Assembly: GCF_018350175.1 (NCBI RefSeq)
Contig: NC_058383.1
Location: 16,184,001 to 16,248,000 of the forward strand
Length of the DNA: 64,000 bases
DNA from: Felis catus
Lineage: Eukaryota
Direction of reading: 5' to 3'
The notes beneath the pieces are model-generated. The model searched no databases and was not told the DNA's origin. It saw only the letters and a list, made by a program, of their open reading frames with translations. The position numbers and the translations under genes were made by a program. Below are positions 23,601 to 36,420 of the stretch, piece after piece. Positions within the stretch are counted from its first letter, which is position 1. Every line of letters begins with the position of its first letter.

Positions 23601-25790
23601 AATAAAAATTTGCATTAAAAGTAATAAAAATAATAAAATTTCAAGTTCTATTTGTTCATGCCTAGTATATAGGCAAGAAGTGACTTTTATATATTAATCT
23701 TGTATCCAGCAACCTTGCTATAACTACTTATTAGTTTGAGTTTTTTGGTTGTCAATTTTTGTCAGATTTTCTATTAGATGAACATGTCTAAACAAAGACA
23801 ATTTTATTTCTTCCTTTCTAATCAGTATACCTTTTATATCCTTTTCTTATTTTATTGCATTAGTTAGGACTTCTAGTACAATGTTGAAAAGGAGTGGTGA
23901 GTAGTAACATCCTTGCCTTGTTCTTGATCTTATTGGGAAAGCTGGTTTCTCACACTGTAAAGTATGGTGTTAGCTATAGTTTGTTTGTTTGTTTGTAGAT
24001 ATTCTTTATCAAACTTTGGAAGTTCTCTCCTATTCCTAGTTTACAAGAATTTTTATCATGAATGAGTATTGTTACATTTTGTCAAATGCTTTTTCTGCAT
24101 CTATTGATATCATCATGTGATTTTTATTTTTTAACCAGTTGATGTAATGATTACACTAATTGATTTTCAAATGTTGAACTAGTCTTGTATATCTTGGATA
24201 AATCCCATTTGGTTGTGGGATGTAATTCTTTTTATACATTGTTGCATTCGGTTTGCTAATATTTTGTTGAGGACTTTTGCATCTATGTTCATGAGAGATA
24301 TGGTTCTATAATTGTCTTTTCTTCAAATGTCTTTGTTTTTGATATTAGGGTAATACCTCATAGAATGAGTATGAAGTAAATATTACTACTTCTTCTATCC
24401 TCTAAAAGAGATTGCAGAGAGTTGGTACAATTTCTTCTCTAAATGTTTGGTGGAATTCACCAGTTATCCCATTTGGGCCTGGTCTTTGGTTTTAGATGGT
24501 TATCAGTTATTGATTCAATTTCCTTAATGGATATAGGCTGATTGAAGTGATCTTTTTGAAGAATTTTTTTTTCATGTTTATTTATTTTGAGGGGCGGGGG
24601 AAGGGCAGAGAGCTAGGGAGAGAGAGAATCCCAAGCAGGCTATACACTGTCAGCACAGAGCCTGACATGGGGCTCAATACCACAAACCTTGAGATCATGA
24701 CCTGAGTCAAAATCAAAGAGTCAGATGCTTAACCAGATGAGCCACCCAGGCACCCCTTCAAATCATCTTTTTGTATGAGTTTTGCTAGATGTGTTTTTCT
24801 AAGAATTGGTCAGTTTCATCTAGTTATCAAATTTGTATGTGCAGAGTTGTTTATAATATTTCTATATTATCCTTTTAGTGTCCATGGGATTTCCCTCTTT
24901 CATTTCTGATATTTGCAATTTTTGTCCTCTCTCTCTCTCTCTTTTTAGTTAACCTGAGTCGAGTCTTAATAATTTTATTGATCTTTTCAAAGAATCAGCT
25001 TTTGATTTTGTTGCTTTTCTCTATTAATTTCCTGTTTTCAATTTCATTGATTTCTGCTCTGATTTTTGTTTCTTCTCCTTACTGTGGGTCTAATTTGTTC
25101 TTCTTTTTCTAGTTTCTTAAAATAGAAACTTAGATTATTGATTTAAAAAAATTTTTTAATGTTAATTTATTTTTGAGACAGAGAGAGACAGAGCATGAAC
25201 GGGGGAGGGTCAGAGAGAGGGAGACACAGAATCTGAAAAAGTTTCCAGGCTCAGAGCTGTCAGCACAGAGCCCGATGCGGGGCTCGAACTCACGGACTGC
25301 GAAATCATGACCTGAGCTGAAGTCGGCCGCTTAACCGACTGAGCCACCCAGGCGCCCCAGATTATTGATTTTTTAATCTTATTTTTCTATTCTAAAATAT
25401 TCATTCAATACTATAAATTTCCCTGTAAGCACTGCTTTTACTGCATCCCATAAATTTTGATAAATTGTGTTTTCATTTTCATTTAGTACAAAATATTAAA
25501 AAATTTCTCTTGAGAATTCTTCTTTGACCCATATGTTGTTTAGAAGTGTGTTGTTTAATTACCAGATTTTGTGGGATTATCTTTGTTATCTTTGTTATTG
25601 ATTTCTAGTTTAATTTCATTGTGGTCTGACATCATATGATTTCTGTTGTTTCCAGTGCAGAATGTGGTCTGTCTTGGTGAATTTACACGTGAACTTAAGA
25701 AGAATGTTCTGCTGTTGTTGGGTAAAATAGCCTATAGATATCAGTGATAGCTAATGGGTTGATGGTGTTACTGAGTTTAACTATGTCCTT
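20700..25790 (-). mobile_element. Older L1 (3'UTR and ORF2 remnants), interrupted by SINEs at ~21215, 21490, 22856, 23442, 24563 and 25151
   Basis: Minus ORF fragments HTKICTWMFIAALFIIAKTWKQSRCPS and LDTDLTPFTKISSKWIIDLNVK are L1 ORF2 C-terminal. Confidence 0.88.
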
Positions 25791-26828
25791 ATGTAACTTA
25801 CTTCTTCATTTAGTAAATATCATGAACATCTTTATCAGTAGGTGCATTTTTATACCAGCATTATTGATGAGAGCATATTTCACTGACCATAAAATATATG
25901 ATTTTTTTAAATCATTCTAACTCTTTGGAACTTTAAATATAATTCTGTAATGCTAAGTATATTCATATTGTTGTGGGTAATAGGTATCCAGAATTTTTCA
26001 TCTTGTAAATCTGAAATTCTCTACCCAATAAATAACTGCAGAACATAAGCTTTTAATATTAATGAAGTCTGTTGTTATTTTTTTTTTCTAGATTGTGCTT
26101 TTAATGTCATGTCTAAGAACTATTTGCCTAACCTTGGGTCATAAGATTTTCTCCTACATTTTTTTCTAAAAGTTTTGTAGTTTAGTGCTTTTATTTTATT
26201 TTATTTTATTTTATTTTATTTTATTTTATTTTATTTTATTTTTCTCTCAAGTTAGTTAACATACAGTATAGTCTTGCCTTCAGGAGTAGAACCCAGTGAT
26301 TTATCACTTACATATAACATCCAGTGCTCATCCCAGGTGCCCTCTTTAATGCCCATCACCCATTTAACCTACCCCCCACATGTTCCTACCCCCACCAACT
26401 CTCAGTTTGTTATCTGTATTTAAGAGTCTCTTATGGTATGCCTCCATGTCTGTTTTTCCTTATTTTTCCTTCTCTTCGCCATGTTCGTCTGTTAAGTTTC
26501 TCAAATTCCATATATGAGTGAAATCATTTGATATCTATCTTTCTCTGACTGGCTTGTTTCTCATAGCGTAATACCCTCTAGTCCCATCCATGTTGTTGCA
26601 AATGGCAAGATTTCATTCTTTTTCACTGCTGAGTAGTATTCCATTGTGTATATATACCATATCTTCCTTATCCATTCATCAGTTGATGGACATTTGGGCT
26701 CTTTCCATAATTTGGTGATTGTTGATAGTGCTGCTATAAACATTGGGGTGCATGTGCCCCTTTGAATCAGCATTTTTGTATCCTTTGGATAAATTCCTAG
26801 TAGTGCAATTGCTGGGTCATAGGGTAAT

Positions 26829-26863
<35 letters not shown>

Positions 26864-29800
26864 AACCTCCACACTATTTTCCAGAGTGTCTGCCCCAGTT
26901 TGCATTCCTATCAGCAGTGCAGTAGGGTTCCCCATTCTCCACATCCTTGCCCATATCTGTTGTTTCCTAAATTGTTAATTTTAGCCATTTTGACTGTTGT
27001 GAGGTGGTATCTCATTGTGGTTTTGATTTGTATTTCCCTGATGATGAGTGATGTTGAGCATTTTTTCATGTGTCTGTTAGACATCTAGATGTCTTCTTTG
27101 GAAAAATGTCTATTCATGTCTTCTGCCCTTTTCCTCACTGGATTATTTGTTTTTCTTGGGGGGGTTGTTGAGTTTGGTAAGTTCTTTACAGATTTTGGAT
27201 ACTAACTCTTTATCTCATATATCATTTGCAAATATCTTCTCCCATTCCATCAGTTGCCTTTTAGTTTTGTTGATTGTTTCCTTTGCTGTGCAGAAGCTTT
27301 TTATTTTGATGAAGTCCCAATATTTCATTTTTGCTTTTATTTCCCTTGCCTCTGGAGATATGTGAAGTAAGAAGTTGCTGTGGTTGAGGTCAAGGTGTTT
27401 GCTGCCCGTTTTCCTCTGTAGGATTTTGATGGTTTCCTGTTTCACATTTAGGTCTTTCAAACATTTTGAATTTATTTGTGTGTACAGTGTAAGAAAGTGG
27501 TTCAGTTTCATTCTTCTGCATGTTACTGTCCAGTTCTCCCAGAACCATTTGCTGAAGACTGTCTTTTTTCCATTGGATACTCTTTCCTGCTTTGTTGAAG
27601 ATTAGTTGGCCATATATTTGTGGGTCCACTTCTGGGTTCTCTATTCTATTCCATTGATCTGTGTGTCTGCTTTTGTGCCAATACCATACTCTCTTGATTA
27701 CAGCTTTGTAATACAGGTTAAAGTCTGGTAGTGTGATGCCTCCAACTTTGGTTTTCTTTTCAACATTACTTTGGCTATTTGGGTCTTTTTGTGGTTCTAT
27801 ACAACTTTTAGCTTCGAGAAGAATGCTGGTGCTATTTTGATAGGGATAGCATTGAATGTGTAGATTTCTTTGGGTAATACCGACATTTTAATAGTATTTG
27901 TTCTTCCAACCAATGAGCATGGAATGTTTTTCCATTTCTTTGTGTCTTCTTCAATTTATTTAATAAGATTTCTGTAGTTTTTAGCATATAGATCTTTTAC
28001 CTCTTTGGTTAGGCTTATTCCTAGGTCTTTTATGGGTTTTGGTACAATTGTAAGTGGGATTGATTCCTTGATATCTCTTTCTGTTGCTTCATTATTGGTG
28101 TATAGAAATGCAACTGATTTCTGTACATTGATTTTATATCCTGAAGCTTTGATGAATTCATGTGTCAGCGCTAGCAGTTTTTTGGTAAAGTCTTTTGGAT
28201 TTTCCATGTAGAGTATCATGTCATCTGTGAAGAATGAAAGCTTGACTTTTCCTTTGCCAATTTGGATACCTTTTATTATTATTATTTTTTTGTCTGATTG
28301 CTGATGCTAGGACTTCCAACACTATGTTAAACAACACTGGTGAGAGTGGACATCCCCGTTGTATTCCTGACCTTAGGGGGAAAGCTCTCAGTTTCTCCCC
28401 ATTAAGGATGAAATTAGCTGTGGGCCTTTCATATATGGCTTTTATGATGTTAAGGTATGTTTCTTCTATCCCAACTTTCTTGAAGATTTTTATGAAGAAA
28501 CGATGCTATGTTTTGTCAAATGCTTTTTCTGCATCTGTTGACAGGATCATATGGCTCTTATTCTTCCTTCTGTTAATGTGACATATCTCATTGATTGGCT
28601 TGTGAATATTGAACTAGCCCTCCAGTTCACCTTGATCATGGTGAATAGTTCTTTTAATGTACTGTTGAATTCAATTTGCTAGTATCTTGTTGAGAGTTTT
28701 TGTCTAAGTTCATCAGGAATATTGATCTGTAATTCTTTTTAGTGAGGTCTTTGTCTGGTTTTTGAATCAAGGTAATGCTGGCTTCATAGAATGAGTCTGG
28801 AAGCTTTCCTTCTGTTTCTATTTTTGGAGTAGCTTGAAAAGAATAAGTATTAACTCTGCTTTAAATGTCTGGTAGAATTCCTCTGGAATGCCCTCTGTCC
28901 CAGGACTCTTATTTATTGGGAAATTTTTGATAACCAATTCAATTTCTTCACTGGTTATGGGTATGTTCAAATATGCTACTTCTTCCCATTTGAATTTTGG
29001 TAATGTGTGGGTGTCGAGGAATTTGTCCATTTCGTCCAGATTTTCCAGTTTGTTGGCATATAATTTTTCATAGTATTCTCTGATAATTGTTTGTATTTCT
29101 GTGGTGTTGGTTGTGATCTGTCCTCTTTCATTCGTGATTTTATCTATTTGGATCCTCTCTCTTTTCTTTTTGAGAAGTCTGACTAGGGGTTTATCAATTT
29201 TGTTTATTTTTTCAAAAAACTGGCTCTTAGATTCATTGATCTGTTCTACTCTTTTTTTTTTGGATTCTATATTGTTTTTTTCTGCTCTAATCTTTATTAT
29301 TTCCCTTCTTTCTGGATTTGGGTTTTATTTGTTGCTGCTTTTCTAGTTCCTTTAGGTGTGAGGTTACATTCTGTATTTGAAATTTTTCTTGCTTATTGAG
29401 ACAGGCCTGGATTGTGATGTATTTTCCTTTTAGGACTGCCTTTGCTGCATCTCAATGGGTTTGGACTGTTGTGTTTTCATTTTCATTTGCTTCCATATAT
29501 TTTTTAATCTCTTTTTTTAATTTCCTGGGTGACCCATTATTCTTTAGTAGGATGTTTTTTAACCTCCATGTATTTGGGGGCTTTCCAAATTTTTTCTTGT
29601 AGTTGATTTCAAGTTTCATAGCGTTGTGATCTGAAAACATGCATGGTATGATCTCTATCTTTTTGTACTCATTGAGGGCCTTTTTGTGACCCAGTATATT
29701 ATCTATTTTGGAGAATGTTCCATGTGCATTAGAGAAGAATGTGTATTCTGCTGCTTTAGAATGAAAAGTTCTGAATATATCTGAAGTCCATTTGGTCCAA

Positions 29801-30049
29801 TGTGTCATCCAGAGCCGCTGTTTCCTTACTGATTTTCTGCCTAGATGATCTGTCCATTGCCATAAGTGTGGAGTATTAAAGTCACCTACAATTACAGTAT
29901 TATTATCAATAAGTTTGTTTATGTTTGTGATTGATTTATATATTAGGAGGCATAAACATTTACAATTGTTAGCTCTTCTTGATGGACAGGTCCCTTAATT
30001 ATGATATAATGCCCTTCTTCATCTTTTGTTAAAGTCTTTGTTTTAAAAT

Positions 30050-30470
30050 TGTGGTTGGCGGGGGGAGCGGGTTCCTGGGTGGCTCAGTTGTTTAAGCGCC
30101 TGACTTCAGTTCAGGTCACGGTCTCATGGTTTATGAGTTTGAGCCCCATGTCGGGCTCTGTGCTGACACCTCGGAGCCTGGAGCCTGCTTTGGATTGTGT
30201 GTCTCCCTCTCTCTCTGCCCCTCCCCCACTCGTGCTCTGTCTCTCAAATTTTTTTTTTTACATTTATTATTTTTTTGTGAGAGACAGAGAGAGACAGAGC
30301 ACGAGTGGGGGAGGGGCAGAGAGAGAATGAGACACAGAATCCAAAGCAGGCTCCAGTCTCTGAGCAAGCTGTCAGCATAGAGCCTGACATGGGGCTCAAA
30401 CCCATGAACCGTGAGATCATGACCTGAGCCAAAGTTGGACATTCAACCAGCTGAGCCACCCAGGTGCCCC
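30050..30470. mobile_element. Abutting inverted Can-SINE pair inside L1 ORF2
   Basis: + copy ~30069-30247, - copy ~30249-30470; flanking 20-bp direct repeat TAAAGTCTTTGTTTTAAAAT. Confidence 0.88.
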
Positions 30471-30860
30471 TAAAGTCTTTGTTTTAAAATCTAGTTTGTC
30501 TGATATAAGTATGGCTACTCTGGCTTTCTTTTGATGTCCAGTAGCATGATAGATGGTTCTCCATTCCCTGACTTCCAATCTGCAGGTCTTCTTAGTTCTA
30601 AAATGAGTCTCTTATAGGCAGCATATAGATGGATCTCAGTTTTTTATCCATTCTGACATTCTGTGTCTTTTGATTGGGGCACTTAGTCCATTTACATTCA
30701 GAGTGATTATTGAAAGATATGGATTTAGTGCCATTGTGTTATCTGTAGATTTCAGGTTTGTGGTGATGTCACTGGTCCTTTTTAGTTTTTGCTGCTTTCC
30801 ACTCACAGAGTCCCCCTTAGGATTTCTTGTGGGGCTGGTGTAGTGGTCATGAACTTCTTT

Positions 30861-31573
30861 TGTAAGGGTTAAATTGTGGTGTAGGGCTAACACGTAGTTT
30901 GAAAAATAACAGCTTTGTTCTGACACTAAAGGTCAAGAGATAACAGCCTTACTTTACTCTTGTAAATTATGCTTCATACTCTTGTAAATCAGGCTTCACC
31001 AATGAAGCAAACAAAAGCTCAAAGAAAAGAGCATCAGAGGCAAGGTCAAGGAGATCCACTGGTTGCAACTTAGCGGCAGAAAGTCTAAAATAATCACCTC
31101 ATCTGTTTCTAACTGTTTCTAACTCATCTGGGAACTGTTTCTAACTGGTCTGGGAACTGTTTCTCTGTTCTGTTCCCAGGTGATGATAAAACGATGTAAT
31201 CGGCCATAAAAACACGGGGCGCCTGGGTGGCGCAGTCGGTTAAGTGTCCGACTTCAGCCAGGTCACGATCTCACGGTCCGGGAGTTCGAGCCCTGCGTCA
31301 GGCTCTGGGCTGATGGCTCAGAGCCTGGAGCCTGTTTCTGATTCTGTGTCTCCCTCTCTCTCTGCCCCTCCTCCGTTCATGCTCTGTCTCTCTCTGTCCC
31401 AAAAAGAAATAAACGTTGAAAAAAAAAACTCTGTACCCTGGCTGTTTGGGGCCGCACTCTTATCAAGAGTGTTGGTCCCGATCGGTCGGCCTTGCCTCTC
31501 ATTGCAATAAACTTTGTTGTGACTGTCACTGGTGCCCGTAGCATTCTGTTTCAGGAGTCGTGTGGATGCAACA
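30861..31573 (+). mobile_element. Solo ERV1-type LTR inserted in L1
   Basis: TG...CA ends, 4-bp TSD CTTT (30857-30860, 31574-31577), ATAAAA at 31206, AATAAA 31506-31511; L1 sequence resumes seamlessly. Confidence 0.85.
31216..31428 (+). mobile_element. Young felid Can-SINE inside the solo LTR
   Basis: GGGGCGCCTGGGTGGCGCAGTCGG head; short imperfect TSD AAAAACAC/AAAAACTC. Confidence 0.9.
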
Positions 31574-32434
31574 CTTTAGTTTCTGTTTGTCTGGGAAAGC
31601 CTTTATTTCACTCTATTCTGAATGACAGCCTTGATGGATAAAGGATTCTTGGCTGCATATTTTTCCTATCCAGCACATTGACTATTTCCTGCCACTTCCT
31701 TCTGGCCTGCATAGTTTCAGTGGACAGGTCTGCTACTACCCTGATGTGCCTATCCTTGTAGGTTAAGGACCATTTGTCCCTAGCTGCTTTCAGAATTCTC
31801 TTTCTCTTTATATTTTGCCAGTTTCACTGTGATATGGCATGGTGTTGACCTGTTTTTGTTGATTTTGAAGGGGGTTCTCTGTGCCTCTTGGACTTGGATG
31901 TCTGTTTCTTTCCCCAGATTAGGGAAGTTCTCAACTGTAATTTGTTCATATAAACCCTCTGTCCCTTTCTCTCACTCTTCTGGAATTCCTATGATATGGA
32001 TATTGTTTCATTACATGGAATCACTTCACTTTCTAATTCTCCCCTCGTGATCTAGTAATTTCCTTTCCCTCTTTTTTTTTAGCTTCATCATTTTCCATAA
32101 TTTTATCTTCTGTTTCACCTAGTCTCTCCTGTGCTTCTTCCATCCTTGCTGTCCCTGTATCTAGTTTATTTTGCATCTCGTTATAGCATTTCTTAATTCA
32201 TTGTGACTAGTTCTTAGGTCTTTGGCCTCTGCAGCAAGAGATTCTCTGCTGCTTCCATGCTTTTTTAAAGCCCAGCTATTAGTCTTGTGACTGTTACTCT
32301 AAATTCTTGTTCAGATATATTGTTTATATCTGTTTTGAGCAATTCTCTGGATGTGATTTCTTCCTGAAATTTCTTTTGAGGAGAATTCTTCTGTTTTGTC
32401 ATTTTGGCTAAGTTTCTGTCTTTTGTGTGTGTGT

Positions 32435-33320
32435 GTTTTTTTAAAAATTTTTTAACGTTTATTTATTTTTGAGACAGAGAGAGACAGAGCATGAACGGGG
32501 GAGGGGCAGAGAGAGAGGGAGACACAGAATCAGAAGCAGGCTCCAGTCTCTGAGCTGTCATCACAGAGCCTGACCTGGGGGCTCGAACCCACAAACTGTG
32601 AGATAATGACCTGAGCTGAAGTGGAACGCTTAACCAACTGAGCCACCCAGGCACCCCAATTTATTTTTATTTTTTGATGTTTATTTATTTTTGAGAGAGA
32701 GGGAGAGCACATGTGGGGGAGGGGCAGAGAGTGAGAGGGCGACAGAGGATCCGAAGTAGGCTCTTTCCTGAGAGCAGAGAGCCTGATGTGGGGCTCGAAC
32801 CTGCAAACTGTGAGATGATGACCTGAGCCAAAGTTGGAGGCTTAACCAACTGAGCCACCTAGGTGCTCCCCCATTTTTTTTTTAAGTTTATTTATTTATT
32901 TTGAGAGAGAGAGAGAGTGCATGAGTGCGAGTTAGGACGGGGCAGAGAGAATTCCAAGCAGGCTCTGCACTGTCCACCTGGAGCCAGACTGTCAAACCCA
33001 GGAACTCTGAAACCACGGCCTGAGCTGAAATCAAGAGTCAGATGCTTAACTAACTGAGCCACCCAGACGCCCCTATATTTTTTGTTTAAAAAGCTTCCAT
33101 TTCGGGGCGCCTGGGTGGCTCAGTCAGTTAAGCATCCGACTTCGGCTCAGGTCACGATCTTGCGGTATGTGAGTTCGAGCCCCGCGTCGGGCTCTGTGCT
33201 GACTGCTCAGAGCCTGGAGCCTGTTTCAGATTCTGTGTCTCCCTCTCTCTCTGCCCCTCCCCCGTTCATGCTCTGTCTCTCTCTGTCTCAAAAATAAACG
33301 TTAAAAAAAATTTTTTTTTA
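32435..33320. mobile_element. Cluster of four Can-SINEs (three -, one +)
   Basis: Heads at ~32658, 32871, 33073 (-) and 33103 (+); the last has TSD TAAAAAGCTTCCATTTC. Confidence 0.87.
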
Positions 33321-34474
33321 AAAAGCTTCCATTTCCTCCTGAGGTTTTTCATTTAGGCAACCAATTACGACAATGTTTTCCTTTAGGTCTTTGAATATAT
33401 TTAGCTTCATTGCTTTAAAGCCTTGTATGTTAATTGTAACATCTCTGTTATCTTGGAGTTTATTCTATTGCCTTTCCCCCCTTGATTGTGGGTTACATTT
33501 TCCTGTGTCTTAGAAAGTCTTAATTTTTGATTTTATATTGTACATTTTGGACATTTGGGGTTGGATATTTTAGGGACATAGGTTCCATTATTTTTTTTCT
33601 AAAGAATGTTTACATTCGTTCTATCAGGAAATTAAAATACTGGCCGATTGCCTTGTACTTATGGTGTCTTGATATTATACTTTGTGAGGTCTCAGCAGGC
33701 CCTGAGAGGGCTTTACAAGGCACCTAGGAGACATACTGGAACCTGAGCCACTCTGGGCTAAACTCCCCAGACCGAGCCAAACACCCATATCCGTCCCACT
33801 CTTTCCTCCCTTCTGACCTCTCAAACAAACCCTCTGAGGTCTTGGTCCCTTAGTTTCATTCTCAGCTCTCAGTTTTAGAGCAAATACTTTGTTCTGGGAC
33901 ATAATGTTTACTTCTAAACTGTGGTCCTTCTGGGGTTTTAGCGGAAGGCTTAAGATGTGGACCAAACCCCTCTACTTTGACAAGATTCTTATGACAAACT
34001 CTGCTCTGTGGTGGACTGCAGCTGAAATCTCTGTTCAGCTGTTTTTAGCCTTCCACCTGCAAATAACAGAGGGCTCAACTGCACTGGCTTAAATAAATAG
34101 GAGTTTATTTATTTTTTAAAAGAAATGTAGAGATGGATGGCTGCTGCTATTGGGAACCATGGTGCAATCATTTCATAGCTGGGTTGTTGTCATTCTTTCG
34201 GTTTTTCTTTGTGGCTGCGAGATGACTGCTGTACCTCCACTAATCTCATTAATATTAGAGGCTGGAAGAAATAGAAAGGGACTAGGCCAGCAATGTTGTT
34301 CTCTTCATATTAGGAAAGTAAAAGCCAGCAACCTACTCAGCATGTTTTTGTATGAATTTCACTACTCAAATCAGGAATGCATGGTCACCCTAAGTTGAAG
34401 GGAAACTGAGAAGATGGATTACAGGATTTCACAATTGGCTGACCAGTTAGAAACTTCAGATAACTTAAAAAAAA

Positions 34475-34991
34475 TTTTTTTTAATGTTTATTTATTTTTG
34501 AGAGAGAGAGAGTCAGAGCGCAAGCAGGGGAGGGGCAGACACAAAATCTGAAGCAGGCTCCAGGCTCCAAGATGTCAGCATAGAGCCTGACACAGGGCTC
34601 GAACTCACAAACCGTGAGATCGTGACCTGAGCCGAAGTTGGATGCTTAACCAATTGAGCCACCCAGGCGCCCCTAGGTAACTTTTTTGATATTTAATCAC
34701 TTATCTTAGTAATATGAGGCATTTATTTATTTTAAATTTTATTTTATTATTGGGGCGCCTGGGTGGCGCAGTCGGTTAAGCGTCCGACTTCAGCCAGGTC
34801 ACGATCTCGCGGTCCGTGAGTTCGAGCCCCGCGTCAGGCTCTGGGCTGATGGCTCAGAGCCTGGAGCCTGTTTCCAATTCTGTGTCTCCCTCTCTCTCTG
34901 CCCCTCCCCCGTTCATGCTCTGTCTCTCTCTGTCCCAAAAAGAAAATAAAAAACGTTGAAAAAAAAATTTAAAAAACAAAACAAAAAAAAA
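34475..34991. mobile_element. Two Can-SINEs, head-to-head (- 34475-34673; young + 34752-34991)
   Basis: Canonical heads and tails. Confidence 0.87.
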
Positions 34992-34994
34992 CTA

Positions 34995-35174
34995 TAGTGA
35001 TAATATTATACATTACAGTGAGTTAATAGAAAATATATATTGGTTTCTGCCCTGGTTCCTGGCACAAGCTCCTAAAACCCTTGTTATTTCCTGAGGCACC
35101 AGGTTGGCTCAGTCGGTTAAGCATCAGAGCCTGGAGCTTGCTTTGGGTGTCTCCCTCTCTCTTTGCCCCTCTCC

Positions 35175-35212
<38 letters not shown>

Positions 35213-36420
35213 AATAAACATTAAAAAAAAAAACTAAAAAAAAACAACCTTATTTCCTAAAATATAATAACACCAGGAGCATCTCTTGTTCTAATATTGG
35301 TCTTTGACTTCTGTTTCTTTTTTTTTTTTTTTTAATTTTTTTTTTCAACGTTTATTTATTTTTGGGACAGAGAGAGACAGAGCATGAACGGGGGAGGGGC
35401 AGAGAGAGAGGGAGACACAGAATTGGAAACAGGCTCCAGGCTCTGAGCCATCAGCCCAGAGCCTGATGCGGGGCTTGAACTCACAGACCGCGAGATCGTG
35501 ACCTGGCTGAAGTCGGACGCTTAACCGACTGTGCCACCCAGGCGCCCCTGACTTCTGTTTCTGACACAGAGCTCCTAAAACCCTAGTAATTTCCTGGGAG
35601 ATGGGAGTGTCTTTTGTCCTAATGAAGTAACTCTGGGTGGGCTTCTGGATGAGACCTAGTCACAGGAAAGACAAATCCATGATTCCAAGTTTGGAATTTT
35701 CAGCCTTGTCCCTCATTCTCTTGAGAAGAGAGAAGGGCTGAAAATGGTGTTAATGGTCGATCATGCCTATGTATGAAAGCTCCATAAAATCCCCAAAGTA
35801 CTGGGTTTGAAGAGCTTCCAGGTTGGTGAACAGATCCACACGGGGAGGGTGATATACCCAACTCTATAGGAACAGAAGCTCCTGTGCTTGGGACCCTCCC
35901 AGACTTCATTACACTATGTATCTCTTCATCTGGTTGTTCATCTGTATCCTGTAGTAAGCTGGTAAATGTTAGTGTTGAGTTCTGTGAGCTGCTTTAGCAA
36001 ATTAATTAAGCCTAAGGAGGCGGGGGTGGGGGGGGGGAGTGGATGGTGGGCATTGGAACCTCTGATCTATAGCCAATTGGTCAGAAGCACAGACGATAAC
36101 CCGAGCTTGCAGCTGGTATCTAAGTGTGTGTTGGGGGGGGGGGAGGCGGGGGAGGGCAGCCTTGTGGGACTGAATCCTTAACCTGTGGGATATTATGTTT
36201 TGAGAAGACAGTGTCAGAATTGAGTTAAATTATAGGGTGCCCAGCTAGTGTTGCAGAGATTGTTTGGTGTGGGGTAAAACTTCCGCATTTGATGACTAGA
36301 AGTCAAGTGTTTAGGGCAAGTAGTGAAAAACAACACAGGAGGAAAGAATTGGGTTTTTCCCTACATAGGAAGGAAAAAAAAACCCCAAAAAACAACCCTG
36401 AGTTTTTTGTTTTGATTACA
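34995..36420 (+). mobile_element. MER21-like LTR interrupted by SINEs (35093-35245 +; 35316-35548 -)
   Basis: CCCTGGTTCCTGGCACAAGCTCCTAAAACCCTT; GTGTCAGAATTGAGTTAAATT; young SINE TSD TGACTTCTGTTTCT. Confidence 0.65.

Larger units (their letters stand above)
26189..32420 (-). mobile_element. Younger carnivore L1, 5'-truncated within ORF1, frameshifted; contains nested SINEs and an LTR
   Basis: (TTTTA)n tail 26189-26242; ORF2 fragments [72 protein letters not shown]1 remnant 31574-32420. Confidence 0.93.

Noticed and set aside
26561..30926. RT/endonuclease-like ORFs suggesting an active element
   Set aside because: Fragmented L1 ORF2 with frameshifts and nested insertions, lacking a 5'UTR
31216..31300. 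tRNA-like A/B boxes in this and other SINE heads
   Set aside because: tRNA-derived Can-SINE heads, not tRNA genes
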